A DNA stretch of 32,000 nucleotides from Desulfotalea psychrophila LSv54 (lineage in GTDB: Bacteria > Desulfobacterota > Desulfobulbia > Desulfobulbales > Desulfocapsaceae): assembly GCF_000025945.1 (NCBI RefSeq), contig NC_006138.1:3360001-3392000 (forward strand), in the 5' to 3' direction. The translations under genes were made by a program, and so were the position numbers. Positions 9,086 through 18,436 of the stretch are shown one piece after another; positions within the stretch are counted from its first letter, which is position 1, and each line of letters opens with the position of its first letter. The notes below the pieces were generated by a model. It was not told the origin of the DNA and did no database searches. It saw nothing but the letters and a program-made list of their open reading frames with translations.

Positions 9086-10083
9086 CGTGAGCCTCGACCA
9101 ACAACATGGGGATGTCCCGCACTAAAGCCCTCGCCAAAAACAATATCATAGTAGGCATCTATCTCGGCCTGCACATCAATACCGACAAAGGCCTCCGGAT
9201 GCAGACGATGAGCAAGCCAGAGCACCCCGGCCATGGAGAGCGGAGAGGGAAAATCCCAATAGGTATCTCGGGGAAAACGAAAAACCTGCTCGTTTTTAAC
9301 GGCGGCAAGAGAGGAAAATTGTGGTGACTGCAGGCGAGCCATACCTTTATCGGTGAGCCGATCGCTACAGAGTATGGCCTCAGGGTTCCAGGCAATGAGC
9401 TGTTCGCGGGTTATTGAGATAAAAAACCCCCTGGTATCATGGCTGACGTTATGGCCCCCGGCAAGCTCGATAATTTCATCTTGGAGCATATTGCCCGAGG
9501 AAGTTCGCAGGAGAGGATTAATGGTATAGTAAACCTCGGGCCTTGCCAACCCTGCCAGCCGCTCGGTCAATATCGACTGAATATGGGTCATGGCAGCAAC
9601 AACCCAAGTACTCTGCTCATCCCGTCCCGAGGCCCGGCCAATGAGCTGCAGGGTTTCCTGCATATCAGCCATGGTCTCCGGCGAAATTACAATTGTGGGA
9701 ATTCCCAGGGCAGTAAGCCGATTGGCAAGACGCACCCCATCCTTTTGCCCATACATGATGACCAGATCTGGATGCAAAGAGATAATAGTCTCAAGATTGA
9801 GACCAGAGGATCTGCTTCCCACCAGAAGAGGCACATCTTTTTTATGAACCAGAGCCTTGTAGATGGAGAGACTCATATCCTTACTGGTGGCAGCAACAAG
9901 GGTATCCTCAAGGCCGACACAGAGGGCAAAAACCGTGGCAGGAAGAAAGGTAGTTACCACCCGTTTTACCGGTTGGGGGATAGTTACCCGACGACCAACC
10001 TGGTCGGTTACGGTGACAGTACTTGCCATGGCAGAGGTCGTAAAAGGCAGGAGGCAAAGAACTAGGAAAAATATTTTTTTCAT
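9082..10083 (-). CDS. Periplasmic substrate-binding protein, BtuF/FhuD (cluster A) type
   Basis: ORF trimmed to the ATG at 10083 (MKKIFFLVLCLLPFTTSAMA signal). Family pattern RVVTTFLPATVFALCVGLEDTLVA...HPDLVIMYG...GIPTIVI. Confidence 0.85.
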   Translation of the reverse strand: MKKIFFLVLCLLPFTTSAMASTVTVTDQVGRRVTIPQPVKRVVTTFLPATVFALCVGLEDTLVAATSKDMSLSIYKALVHKKDVPLLVGSRSSGLNLETIISLHPDLVIMYGQKDGVRLANRLTALGIPTIVISPETMADMQETLQLIGRASGRDEQSTWVVAAMTHIQSILTERLAGLARPEVYYTINPLLRTSSGNMLQDEIIELAGGHNVSHDTRGFFISITREQLIAWNPEAILCSDRLTDKGMARLQSPQFSSLAAVKNEQVFRFPRDTYWDFPSPLSMAGVLWLAHRLHPEAFVGIDVQAEIDAYYDIVFGEGFSAGHPHVVGRGSR

Positions 10084-10152
10084 GCTGTCCTCACGGCTGA
10101 AGCAGAGCAAGGCCCCAAAAAGGCCCTTCTCTGCTTACCTGTTGCTTAAATA

Positions 10153-12159
10153 TTAGAATGCGTACTGCACAATAAATTTGAAGTTAAAACCATTGGATGC
10201 CATACCATTACCCTCATAATAATCAGCATCGAGCAGGTTATTAATATAGGCTCCAGCGGTAAAGCCATTATCAAAATCTTTAAGCAGAGAGAGATCAAGC
10301 ACAAAGCTATCCTCTGCGACATTTTCCCCATCACCGACCAAAATATAATTATCTATTTTCCACAGGCCATGCAGGGTGAATTTTGCCTCGATCATGGGCA
10401 CCTGGTAACTGATCTTAGTGCCAATGGCATGCTCAGGGGTATCTTCAAGGTAATCGGAGCGCCTATCGGCCGAGTCATTACGGGCATGGGTCCAGGTATA
10501 GTCAATTCCCAGATTTACCCGCTCGGTAATCTCAGTGTCGGTGCTTAACTCGATACCATAGATTTTTGCCGAATCTATGTTGGTGGGGGTCTTATTTCCT
10601 GCTATCATCACAGTATCAATCCCATCCTCGACATCGTTATAAAAGGCAGAGAGGGTGACATTGGTCCTGTCAAAGAAGAGGTACTCGGCACCGGCGGTGT
10701 AGTTGATATTCTTCTCGGGATCAAGCACATAAACCTTACCACTTTTATCTTGCATGTCGGAAAAGGTGGGGAAGCGGGTCTTCTTGGCCACGGAACCAAA
10801 GAGACGCAGGCCACTCTCTCCTGTCCAGGTCAGCCCCAGCATGGGATCGATACTATCGCTATCATAACCATCATCATTACCGGCAATTTCAGAGACATCA
10901 AAATGGTTCCAGCCAACTCCAAGCACGGTGGAGAGAGGGCCCCAGGAGATGGTCTCTTGCCCGGCCAGGGTAAAGGTATCTGACTTTGAGTGCTTATAGG
11001 GGTCTATCTTCTCATGGCGATCCTTATGCTTATCCTCTCGGTACTGGGCCGTCAGGGTCAGGTCGCCAAAACGATTGAGGTCCATATCAGAAAAAATGGA
11101 AACCCCATAGGAGTCGTCGTCCCAGGTGCTGGTTGCCAGCTTATTTGCCAAGTTTTCACTCTCATAGAAGCTACAATCGTCCTTATGATTGTGATAAAAG
11201 GCCATGGTGCGGAGGGCCAGCCAGTCATTGGTCTGTACCCTACCACCCAGATCCACTCCCATATCCCGATAGCTGTCATAACGAGCAAAGGTGGAAAAAG
11301 CCCCCTTCACCTTATTATAACTGTCACTAAAGAGGCGACCACGCTCCAGCTCATAGTGATAGAGACTGGCATAGACCTCGGCCTCATCGGTGGGGGCATA
11401 GCCCAGACGGGTCCAGAGACTCAGTGATTCAAGCTCGGAGTTATTCTTCTTACCACCATCGTCAATTACCCGAGGGTTTGGGCGACCAGTTGGATCACCT
11501 TTTATCTTAGTTGCCACCGGTTGATAACTATCGGAAAAACGAAGGGCATCACGACGCCTGTAATCCACGGTACCCAGTACCGAAAAGCCATTCTCAGCGC
11601 CATAGTTGAGGCTAGCCACCTCACGATTATAACCATCACGTCCCAGCTCTACCCGCGCAGAGCCGGCAAAACCCTCCACCCCCTTCTTAGTAATAATATT
11701 GACCACACCACCCATGGCATTGGGACCATAGAGGACGGAGGAGGCACCCTTGATCACCTCTATCTTACCGATAATACTTGCAGGAATCTGCTGCAGATCA
11801 AGCGGGCCATTTTTGGTCTCATAATAAGGCACGCCATCAATGAGGACCAGGATATCCTTTTGCTGAAAACCCTGAATGGTAATATTTGAAGTGCCCTTGG
11901 TGGTTTGGACAAGATTCACCCCAGGCACAAAGGCCAAGGCCTCGGCGGCAGTGGTGGCACCAAGACTCTCTATCTCTTCCGCAGTTACCGTATTATTAAT
12001 GGCAACATCCTGAACACGGGAACTATCCCCTACAACAATTTCGCCCAGGGTAAAAACATTACTCTCATCTGTCGTTACCTGCCCTGCAAAGGCAAGCTGA
12101 GTCAATCCGGCAAAGCCAAGACAAAGAACGGATGTCTTCAGCAGCATACTTCTCTTCAT
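10153..12159 (-). CDS. TonB-dependent outer-membrane receptor
   Basis: ORF 10153..12255 trimmed to the ATG at 12159 with a GGAGAGAGGA RBS. Signal MKRSMLLKTSVLCLGFAGLTQLAFA and TonB-box-like FTLGEIVV. Plug motifs GVNLVQ...ITIQGF...ILVLIDGVPY...IEVIKGASSVLYGPNAMGGVVNIITK. Terminal aromatic ...QYAF. Confidence 0.9.
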   Translation of the reverse strand: MKRSMLLKTSVLCLGFAGLTQLAFAGQVTTDESNVFTLGEIVVGDSSRVQDVAINNTVTAEEIESLGATTAAEALAFVPGVNLVQTTKGTSNITIQGFQQKDILVLIDGVPYYETKNGPLDLQQIPASIIGKIEVIKGASSVLYGPNAMGGVVNIITKKGVEGFAGSARVELGRDGYNREVASLNYGAENGFSVLGTVDYRRRDALRFSDSYQPVATKIKGDPTGRPNPRVIDDGGKKNNSELESLSLWTRLGYAPTDEAEVYASLYHYELERGRLFSDSYNKVKGAFSTFARYDSYRDMGVDLGGRVQTNDWLALRTMAFYHNHKDDCSFYESENLANKLATSTWDDDSYGVSIFSDMDLNRFGDLTLTAQYREDKHKDRHEKIDPYKHSKSDTFTLAGQETISWGPLSTVLGVGWNHFDVSEIAGNDDGYDSDSIDPMLGLTWTGESGLRLFGSVAKKTRFPTFSDMQDKSGKVYVLDPEKNINYTAGAEYLFFDRTNVTLSAFYNDVEDGIDTVMIAGNKTPTNIDSAKIYGIELSTDTEITERVNLGIDYTWTHARNDSADRRSDYLEDTPEHAIGTKISYQVPMIEAKFTLHGLWKIDNYILVGDGENVAEDSFVLDLSLLKDFDNGFTAGAYINNLLDADYYEGNGMASNGFNFKFIVQYAF

Positions 12160-12517
12160 TTCCTCTCTCCTTTTACTTTCTTTATTTCTCACTATGACCA
12201 CTCCATAAGGCAGGAACCGACTTACCCGAAAATAGCCAGAGGAAAAATACCACAAAAGAAAATAAACACAATTTATATTAGTAATAACAAGAAGATAAAC
12301 AGGAGTTACAGGTTGGGTTCTACGGCATCTAAAGAACCTTAAATAACCAAAAGCAACAGAGCTGGGATGAACTACAGAACGGCAGGACAGGTACTAAAAT
12401 CCTCTGCCCCATTATGCCCTGCAGAAATCAAATTTTAGTTTACAGGGAAACACTCCTCAGAAGAAATAACAGACCCATATTAACCATGAATAACACATTG
12501 ACATTTCAATGTTTTTC

Positions 12518-12540
12518 AAATATGCAAAGTTTGCATATTT
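12518..12540. promoter_or_regulatory. Perfect 23-bp palindrome AAATATGCAAAGTTTGCATATTT in the divergent receptor/fdh intergenic region (candidate operator)
   Basis: Base-by-base check: 11-bp arms are perfectly complementary around G12529. Same geometry as the site at 15299-15321. The right arm overlaps a possible -35 (TTTGCA), followed at 17-18 nt by TATATT. Confidence 0.5.
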
Positions 12541-12714
12541 AAAAACTTCCTGTTATATTGGCCTAACTACTTCAGACAGACAACAAAAGAGCAGAAGTCA
12601 AAGCACTTAATGAGGAAGAGGAACAACAAGGCTGCATAGAGAGATGAAAAATATTGACCGGTACCACTCTTGGCAGCACAGACAACTCACATTATAAAAT
12701 TCAGGATAGAGAAT

Positions 12715-14366
12715 ATGGTTAAAGAATATCTTTTCAGCTATAACAAAACAGTTGAACTCGACTTGGGTGAAAATTTTGATCTCTCTGCAACTGACACCAA
12801 GAAAAAGTATCTCATCTCAAACAGCAAAGAATCTCTTTCTGAAATATACGCCGCCGAGATCAACTTCTACTTTGAAAATAGCGAAGATGAACTTCAGGAG
12901 AAGATCCATAATATAAAGGAACTCTATAAGGCCAGATCAACAGCCCTTGATTACGACCAAACAATCGAACACTCAGTTGAGATAGGCAAGAGAATAACTA
13001 TCATTAGCCAAGGAGAACAGGCCAAGCTCAATGAGGCACTTCAGGCCCACGGATTCACCATCAGCACCCTCTCCCCAGCAGACATTTCTATTCAGGGCCA
13101 TATCGGCAAGCTCACCATTAGCTGCCAACAGGCAAAAGACTGTACTCAGAGCCAAACTGACCAGATCATCTGGTTCGACGCCCCCCAATACAGCTCTGCC
13201 ATAAGCGGCGTATATGATCCCAAAAGTTTCAGCCTTGAAGGACTTATCAGAAAGGTAAGTGAGAACTGTGGCGCCTATCCATTTTTAAACTATATAAAGC
13301 ATAACTCTTCCATCTGCCTGGACACCCTTAAACGGGGAGCATCCTGCCATAAATGTGCTGATATATGCCCAACAAATGGCATCGTCCACCGCAATGGAGA
13401 CTTACTCTTTTCTGCCATAGACTGTCAGGCCTGTGGACAGTGTATAAGCATCTGCCCATCCGGAGCATTAAGCTACGCCCAGATGCCGAGGGCCTCTTTC
13501 AAGGATATCTGCCTCTTCTATAGAGAAAAAACCGCCCTGCTTCTTCCCGAAGGGAGTGATCTTGAAAGGATCCGCCTACCGCTGAAAAAAGATGTTCTCC
13601 CCTTTGCCATTAAAACAGCGGGCTTTTTAGATGAGAGTCATCTGCTTACCCTGATCCAGACAAGCGGCAGACCCATTATTATCTACACAGATCAGCCCTC
13701 AGAGGTAACAAAAGAGATCGTCCAGCTCGTCAACGCTATCTTTCAGAGCAAATACCAGCGACCAGCCATATGTCTCTGCCACGATGCTAAAGAACTTGAG
13801 CAAGCAATGCAGGAGACATCTCCCCTTGCAGGCAGTATCTTTCAGCTTGATGTTGTCGCACCCAAAAAAAGAGAGATATTTTCCCTTCGCCTTGCCCACC
13901 TGGTGGGAGATAATGATCTGGGCACCCTGAGCACGGGTCCTCATATTCATTATGGGACCCTCTCCTTAAACCAGGAGAGCTGACACTCTGCCTGAGCTGT
14001 GCTGATGTCTGCAATGTAGGGGCGCTAACAGCGCATCCTGAAGACAATACCCTGAGATACAATCCATCGATATGTACCCAGTGCGGATCTTGCCAGCTCA
14101 CCTGTCCCGAGAATGACTGCCTACACCTTCTCCCCGATCAACTCTCACTCACCCCCGAATATTTTAGGGATAATGTTCTTGCCCATGATGAAATTTTCCA
14201 ATGTGTGGAGTGTGGCATAGGTTTTGCCCCGGCAAAATCAATTGCAAAAATCATAAAAATCATGACCCCTCTCTTTGCCAATGACCCCCTAAGGATCAAA
14301 ACTCTCTCCTGCTGTTCCCATTGCAAGGCAAAGATAATGCTCGAATCCCTATCGATAGACAGCTGA
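12715..14366 (+). pseudogene. Polyferredoxin-like protein (two 2x[4Fe-4S] ferredoxin domains plus a Cys-rich C-terminus), frame broken by one nucleotide at 13981-13983
   Basis: Frame 1 (ATG 12715; the track's TTG at 12670 is less likely) carries CHKCADICP and CQACGQCISICP and stops at TGA 13981. The next frame is open 13917..14366. From 13983 it reads TLCLSCADVCNVGAL...CTQCGSCQLTCP...CVECG...CCSHC and has no start codon of its own. One added base after TG restores ...LNQES-C-TLCLSCADVC. Confidence 0.7.
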
Positions 14367-14481
14367 CAGGGACCAGAGGCAACTTACGCCTGAAGAGAAA
14401 CTCCTCACGGACGGGCACCCTGCTCAGACAGGATTAATCTTTTCAGCAAAGAGAACACATATACAACAAGAGGCGCTACCC

Positions 14482-15201
14482 ATGGATCTCAATTCTATCA
14501 ATAAAGCACGCACAGTATACTATGGCCTGTTCGCATCACTTTTTGCCTTCAACATGAGCGAAGATCATTTCAAAAACATTGTTCACTCCGTTGATAGATT
14601 GAGCAATGCCCCCATCGATGACCAGACAGGTGTAGCACTCACCCTGCTGAAAGAAAGCTTAGAGAGCGGTGGCTACTCAGGTTTAAAAAATGAAAATGAT
14701 ATGGTGTTTTTTAGCCCAACAACATCGTTTACGCCCATGACCGCATCCTACTATTCTGAGGAGAGGGATGATGGGAAAAAACGGGTAGAGATGATGAACT
14801 ACGTGCTGCAATCAAAGTTCAGAAGAAATAGTGATGAATATAAAGAGAATGAAGATCATATCGAATTCATTTGCCTCTTCATGCAAAAGCTCATCTACGA
14901 CGAACTGCAGGGAGAAAAACACTCTCAGTGCCTGGGCAAAAACATTTTTAAAGACATCTTAAACGATATGCTGAACCCACTCTGCCAGAGATTGGCTGAA
15001 CACGAGAATAGCCATATATACGGGCAAGTAGCCATTATTCTGAAATCGTTCGCCGATATTGAACGACTCTTTTTTGATATCAATGCACCGGCCATAGTTG
15101 ATGCCAGCAGATTGGCCAAGCCCAATATAAAACTCGGAAAAGAGAAAAAAGCTGCAAGAGAGATGGTGAAGAGAAACCACGATGAATTCAGCAGCATCTA
15201 G
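14482..15201 (+). CDS. TorD/NarJ/DmsD-family redox-enzyme maturation chaperone (FDH-specific, putative)
   Basis: 239 aa, cytoplasmic, helical. N-terminal RTVYYGLFASLFAF is typical of the family. Lies immediately upstream of the Tat-exported FDH genes. Confidence 0.5.
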   Translation: MDLNSINKARTVYYGLFASLFAFNMSEDHFKNIVHSVDRLSNAPIDDQTGVALTLLKESLESGGYSGLKNENDMVFFSPTTSFTPMTASYYSEERDDGKKRVEMMNYVLQSKFRRNSDEYKENEDHIEFICLFMQKLIYDELQGEKHSQCLGKNIFKDILNDMLNPLCQRLAEHENSHIYGQVAIILKSFADIERLFFDINAPAIVDASRLAKPNIKLGKEKKAAREMVKRNHDEFSSI

Positions 15202-15298
15202 TCAGAATCATAAGAGATAAGCAGAGATCCATGACCTGCGCACAAAACACTTAAAAACGACCTTTACAGTATCTACTCTTTTGTTTTTTTTCGGCCGA

Positions 15299-15321
15299 TA
15301 ATATGCATTTTCTGCATATTA
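15299..15321. promoter_or_regulatory. 23-bp palindrome TAATATGCA-TTTTC-TGCATATTA, second copy of the candidate operator
   Basis: 9-bp perfect arms with a 5-nt spacer, ending 37 nt upstream of the ATG at 15358. Shares AATATGCA-N5-TGCATATT with the site at 12518-12540. Confidence 0.45.
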
Positions 15322-15357
15322 AAAGAGAGGATCACACGTCAAACAATAGGAGAAAGT

Positions 15358-15570
15358 ATGCATGAGGAGAGAAGAGATTTCCTAAAAACGACACTGGGAG
15401 CAGGTGTCGTGGGAGTTACAACTTTTTTAGCTGCCAAGACAGGCCTTGCGAGTGATAAAAGCCAGAACGCAACAAGCTCAAATGGAGTCGTAACAGGAAC
15501 ATCTCCCAAAAAAGAAATTCTCTACAAGAAAACAGCGAATTGGGATATTTACTACAAGTCATCGTACTAA
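15358..15570 (+). CDS. Small Tat-signal protein of formate dehydrogenase loci (formate-dehydrogenase-region TAT target type)
   Basis: 70 aa. Twin-arginine motif ERRDFLKTTLGAGVVGV. AGGAGA RBS. Placed directly before fdhA, as in Campylobacterota-type fdh loci. Confidence 0.65.
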   Translation: MHEERRDFLKTTLGAGVVGVTTFLAAKTGLASDKSQNATSSNGVVTGTSPKKEILYKKTANWDIYYKSSY

Positions 15571-15582
15571 GAGGAGGATATT

Positions 15583-18423
15583 ATGATAAAAGAAACACTT
15601 AATAATATGTCAGCAAAGATTGGTCGGAGATCTTTTTTAAAGCTTGCGGCTATCGGGGCCGGGATGAGCGCCACATCGGCACTTGCCGCCACCGATACCA
15701 TCCGCCCTGCAACCGACGAAGAGATAAAAAATCCCTTTCCCGGCTCAAAGCTGGTCAAGACAGTCTGTAGTATCTGCTCTGCCGGTTGCGGAATTATAGC
15801 AGAAGTGCAAAACGGAGTCTGGGTTCGTCAGGATGTTGCTCAGGACAACCCTATAAGTGAAGGCAGTCACTGCTGTAAGGGTATTGATCAGATTGATCTG
15901 ATCAAAAGCAAGCAACGCCTGAAACATCCCCTCAAGAAGGTTAATGGAGAGTGGAAAAGGATTAGCTGGGAGCAGGCTGTTAATGAAATCTCAGATAAAA
16001 TGCTGGCATTACGCAAAGAAAATGGCCCGGATGTGGCGATGTTTCTTGGCTCGGCTAAATTCAATCTGCAACAGGCCTTCTATTTTAGAAAATTTGCCGC
16101 CATGTGGGGTACGAATAATATCGACCACGTAGCCCGTATCTGACACTCCGCAACAGTCGCCGGTGTGGCGAACACGTGGGGTTACGGTGCTATGACAAAT
16201 CATTTTGGTGATGTTGTAGAACATTCAAAGGCTATGCTGATTATCGGGGCAAACCCCGCTGCAGCAAACCCTATTGGCATGAAACATTTCTTACAGGCTA
16301 AAGATCGCAACGCGGCTCCTCTTATCGTAGTCGATCCTGTCTATACAAAAACTGCAGCCAAGGCTGATCACTATTTACGCATTCGCTCGGGCACCGATGT
16401 GGCCTTTGTTTATGGATTACTGCACATAATCTTTAAAAATGGTTGGGAAGATAAAAGCTTTCTTGAAAGCAGGGTCTACGGCATTGAAGACATTAAGGAA
16501 GAGGCGGCCAAGTGGACGCCGGAAGAGACCTCCAATGTCACAGGTATCCCTGCCGCACAGATCATTCAGGTAGCAACAATCCTTGCAAAGACCAAACCCA
16601 CCACCGTTGTCTGGGCCCTTGGTATTACCCAACACAGCACAGGCACCTCCAACACCAGAATCATCCCTATCCTCCAGTTAGTACTGGGAAATATGGGCAA
16701 GAAGGGTGGTGGTTGCAATATCATTCGCGGCCATGACAATGTTCAGGGTTCAACGGATATGTGTTGCCTGGCCGACAGTCTACCGGGCTACTACGGTTTG
16801 TCCACCGGCTCCTGGAAGTACTTTGCCAAGGGTTGGGGAGTCGATTTCAAATGGCTTGAGGACAGATTTGCCGCGCCCGAATGGATGCCTGCCAAGGGTT
16901 TCTCACTGGCAAAATGGTGGCAGGGCGTCCTCCAGGAGGAGAAGACCTACTCATCAAGCCCCATCAGGGCGCTATGGGTACAGGGTAACGGTATCACCTC
17001 CATGGCCCAGACGGCAAAAATCCAGGAGGCCTTGGACAAGCTGGATCTCTTGGTTATCGCCGAACCCTTTGTCAACGAAGCTGCAGTCATCACCAATAAA
17101 AAAGATAATATCTATATACTCCCCGTTGCCACCCAGTTTGAAACCGAGGGAAGTGTTACAGCAACCAATAGAACCTCTCAATGGCGAAGCAAGGTTGTCG
17201 AGCCCCTCTATGAAAGCAAACCCGATCACGAGGTGATGTTTGCCTTTGCCAAAAAGTTCGGCTTTTACGACGAGTACACTCGGGCAATGAAAATGGGCAT
17301 TAAGGACGGCGTTCTTACCCAAGTGAAAAAAGACTTTGTCTGGCCCGATGATGCCTCGGGTGAGATAGCACGGATTGTGAAGACAATCGGCCTTGGTGGC
17401 TGGACAGCCAAGAGACTGCGCGAACATCAGGAAAACTGGCACATGTTCGACCCACTCACCCTTGCAGGTCGCGGCCCCATGAAGGGCCAATATTACGGGC
17501 TTCCATGGCCCTGCTGGGATGAGAAACATCCAGGCAGCCCCGTCCTCTATGACGTTGACACCCCGGTCAATGAAGGCGGCATGGGATTTAGAAACAGATT
17601 TGGCCTTGAGCATGAGGGCGTAAGTCAACTTGCAGGTGATGCAGTTACCGTCAAGGGTTCCAAGGTACCGGGTGGATATCCTGAAATCAGCAGGGACAAC
17701 ATCGAAGAGGTGCTCAGCATCCAGCTTACAGCTGACGAAAAATCAAAGATGGGTAAAAACTGGAAGGTGGATTTCAGTGGTATTATCCAGGAAAAATGTC
17801 GGGCTGCCGGCGTCGCCCCCTATGGTAATGCCAGGGCACGGACAATTGTCTGGACCTTCCCCGATCCTATCCCCAAACACCGGGAACCGATCCACTCGCC
17901 AAGACCTGATCTGGTAGAGAAGTATCCTACCTACGAGGATCAAACCAATAACTTCAGGGTCGATGTCCGCTTTAAATCAGAACAGCAGGCTCAAGACTGG
18001 GTAAAAGACTTCCCCACCATGCTGGTGACAATGAGGGTGGTAAACCTGAGCGGGGCGGGAATGTTGGAGAGAACAAGCAAATACCTCTCACATATAACTC
18101 CGGAGATGTTTGCCAATATCCATCCTGATCTCGCCTTGGAATACGGCCTTCGTGATGGCGATATGATGTGGCTCCATGCACCTCAGGGCACCAAGATCAA
18201 GGTTAAGGCCCAGTATAACTTCAGTGTCACCCCCGACAGAATTGCCCTGCCATATAACTTCGCCGGCATGATGCAGGGTGTCGATATGAGCCAGAACTAC
18301 CCGGAGGGCACAAAACCTTATAGCATTGGTGAAAGTTCAAACACAATCACCAATTACGGTTTCGATATTGTATCGCAAATTCCTGAGTTTAATGCAGGAT
18401 TATGTCGCATAGAAAAAGCATAA
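15583..18423 (+). CDS. fdhA: Formate dehydrogenase catalytic subunit, periplasmic, molybdo/tungstopterin, selenocysteine at UGA 16141-16143
   Basis: ORFs 15583..16143 and 16165..18423 share one frame, separated only by a TGA. Read-through gives [32 protein letters not shown], the FdnG/FdhA Sec active-site context. Tat signal GRRSFLKLAAIGAG. N-terminal Fe-S motif CSICSAGCG...HCCKG. GAGGAGG RBS. Confidence 0.9.
16157..16171 (+). other. Candidate apical hairpin of a bacterial SECIS element
   Basis: TCGCC-GGTGT-GGCGA: a 5-bp stem with a G/U-rich loop, starting 16 nt after the UGA. I could not extend a convincing lower stem by eye. Confidence 0.3.
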
Positions 18424-18436
18424 GGAGGAGTGCATA

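Noticed and set aside
12160-12480. Cobalamin riboswitch or Fur box in the leader of the TonB-dependent receptor operon.
   Set aside because: On the minus strand I could not find a B12-box-like core or the characteristic GGUG...GCCACUG blocks. The AT-rich stretch around 12262-12295 (TATATTAGTAATAACAA) resembles a Fur box only loosely. A covariance-model or PWM scan would be needed to settle this.
12670-12714. Upstream start codons proposed by the ORF track. Examples: TTG at 12670, 12255 for the receptor, 6162 for the ResB-like gene, 10110, 1401, 2023, 21867, 28890, 31524, 23650, 29633.
   Set aside because: In each case an internal ATG has a better RBS. It also abuts or overlaps the upstream stop codon, and/or begins a proper signal peptide. 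The extensions would overlap upstream genes or add non-signal-like residues.
16141-16165. Reading the TGA at 16141 as a real stop that splits the dehydrogenase into two genes (15583..16143 and 16165..18423).
   Set aside because: Both pieces share one frame and there is no RBS before 16165. The junction also reconstitutes the conserved Sec active-site context of FdnG/FdhA.
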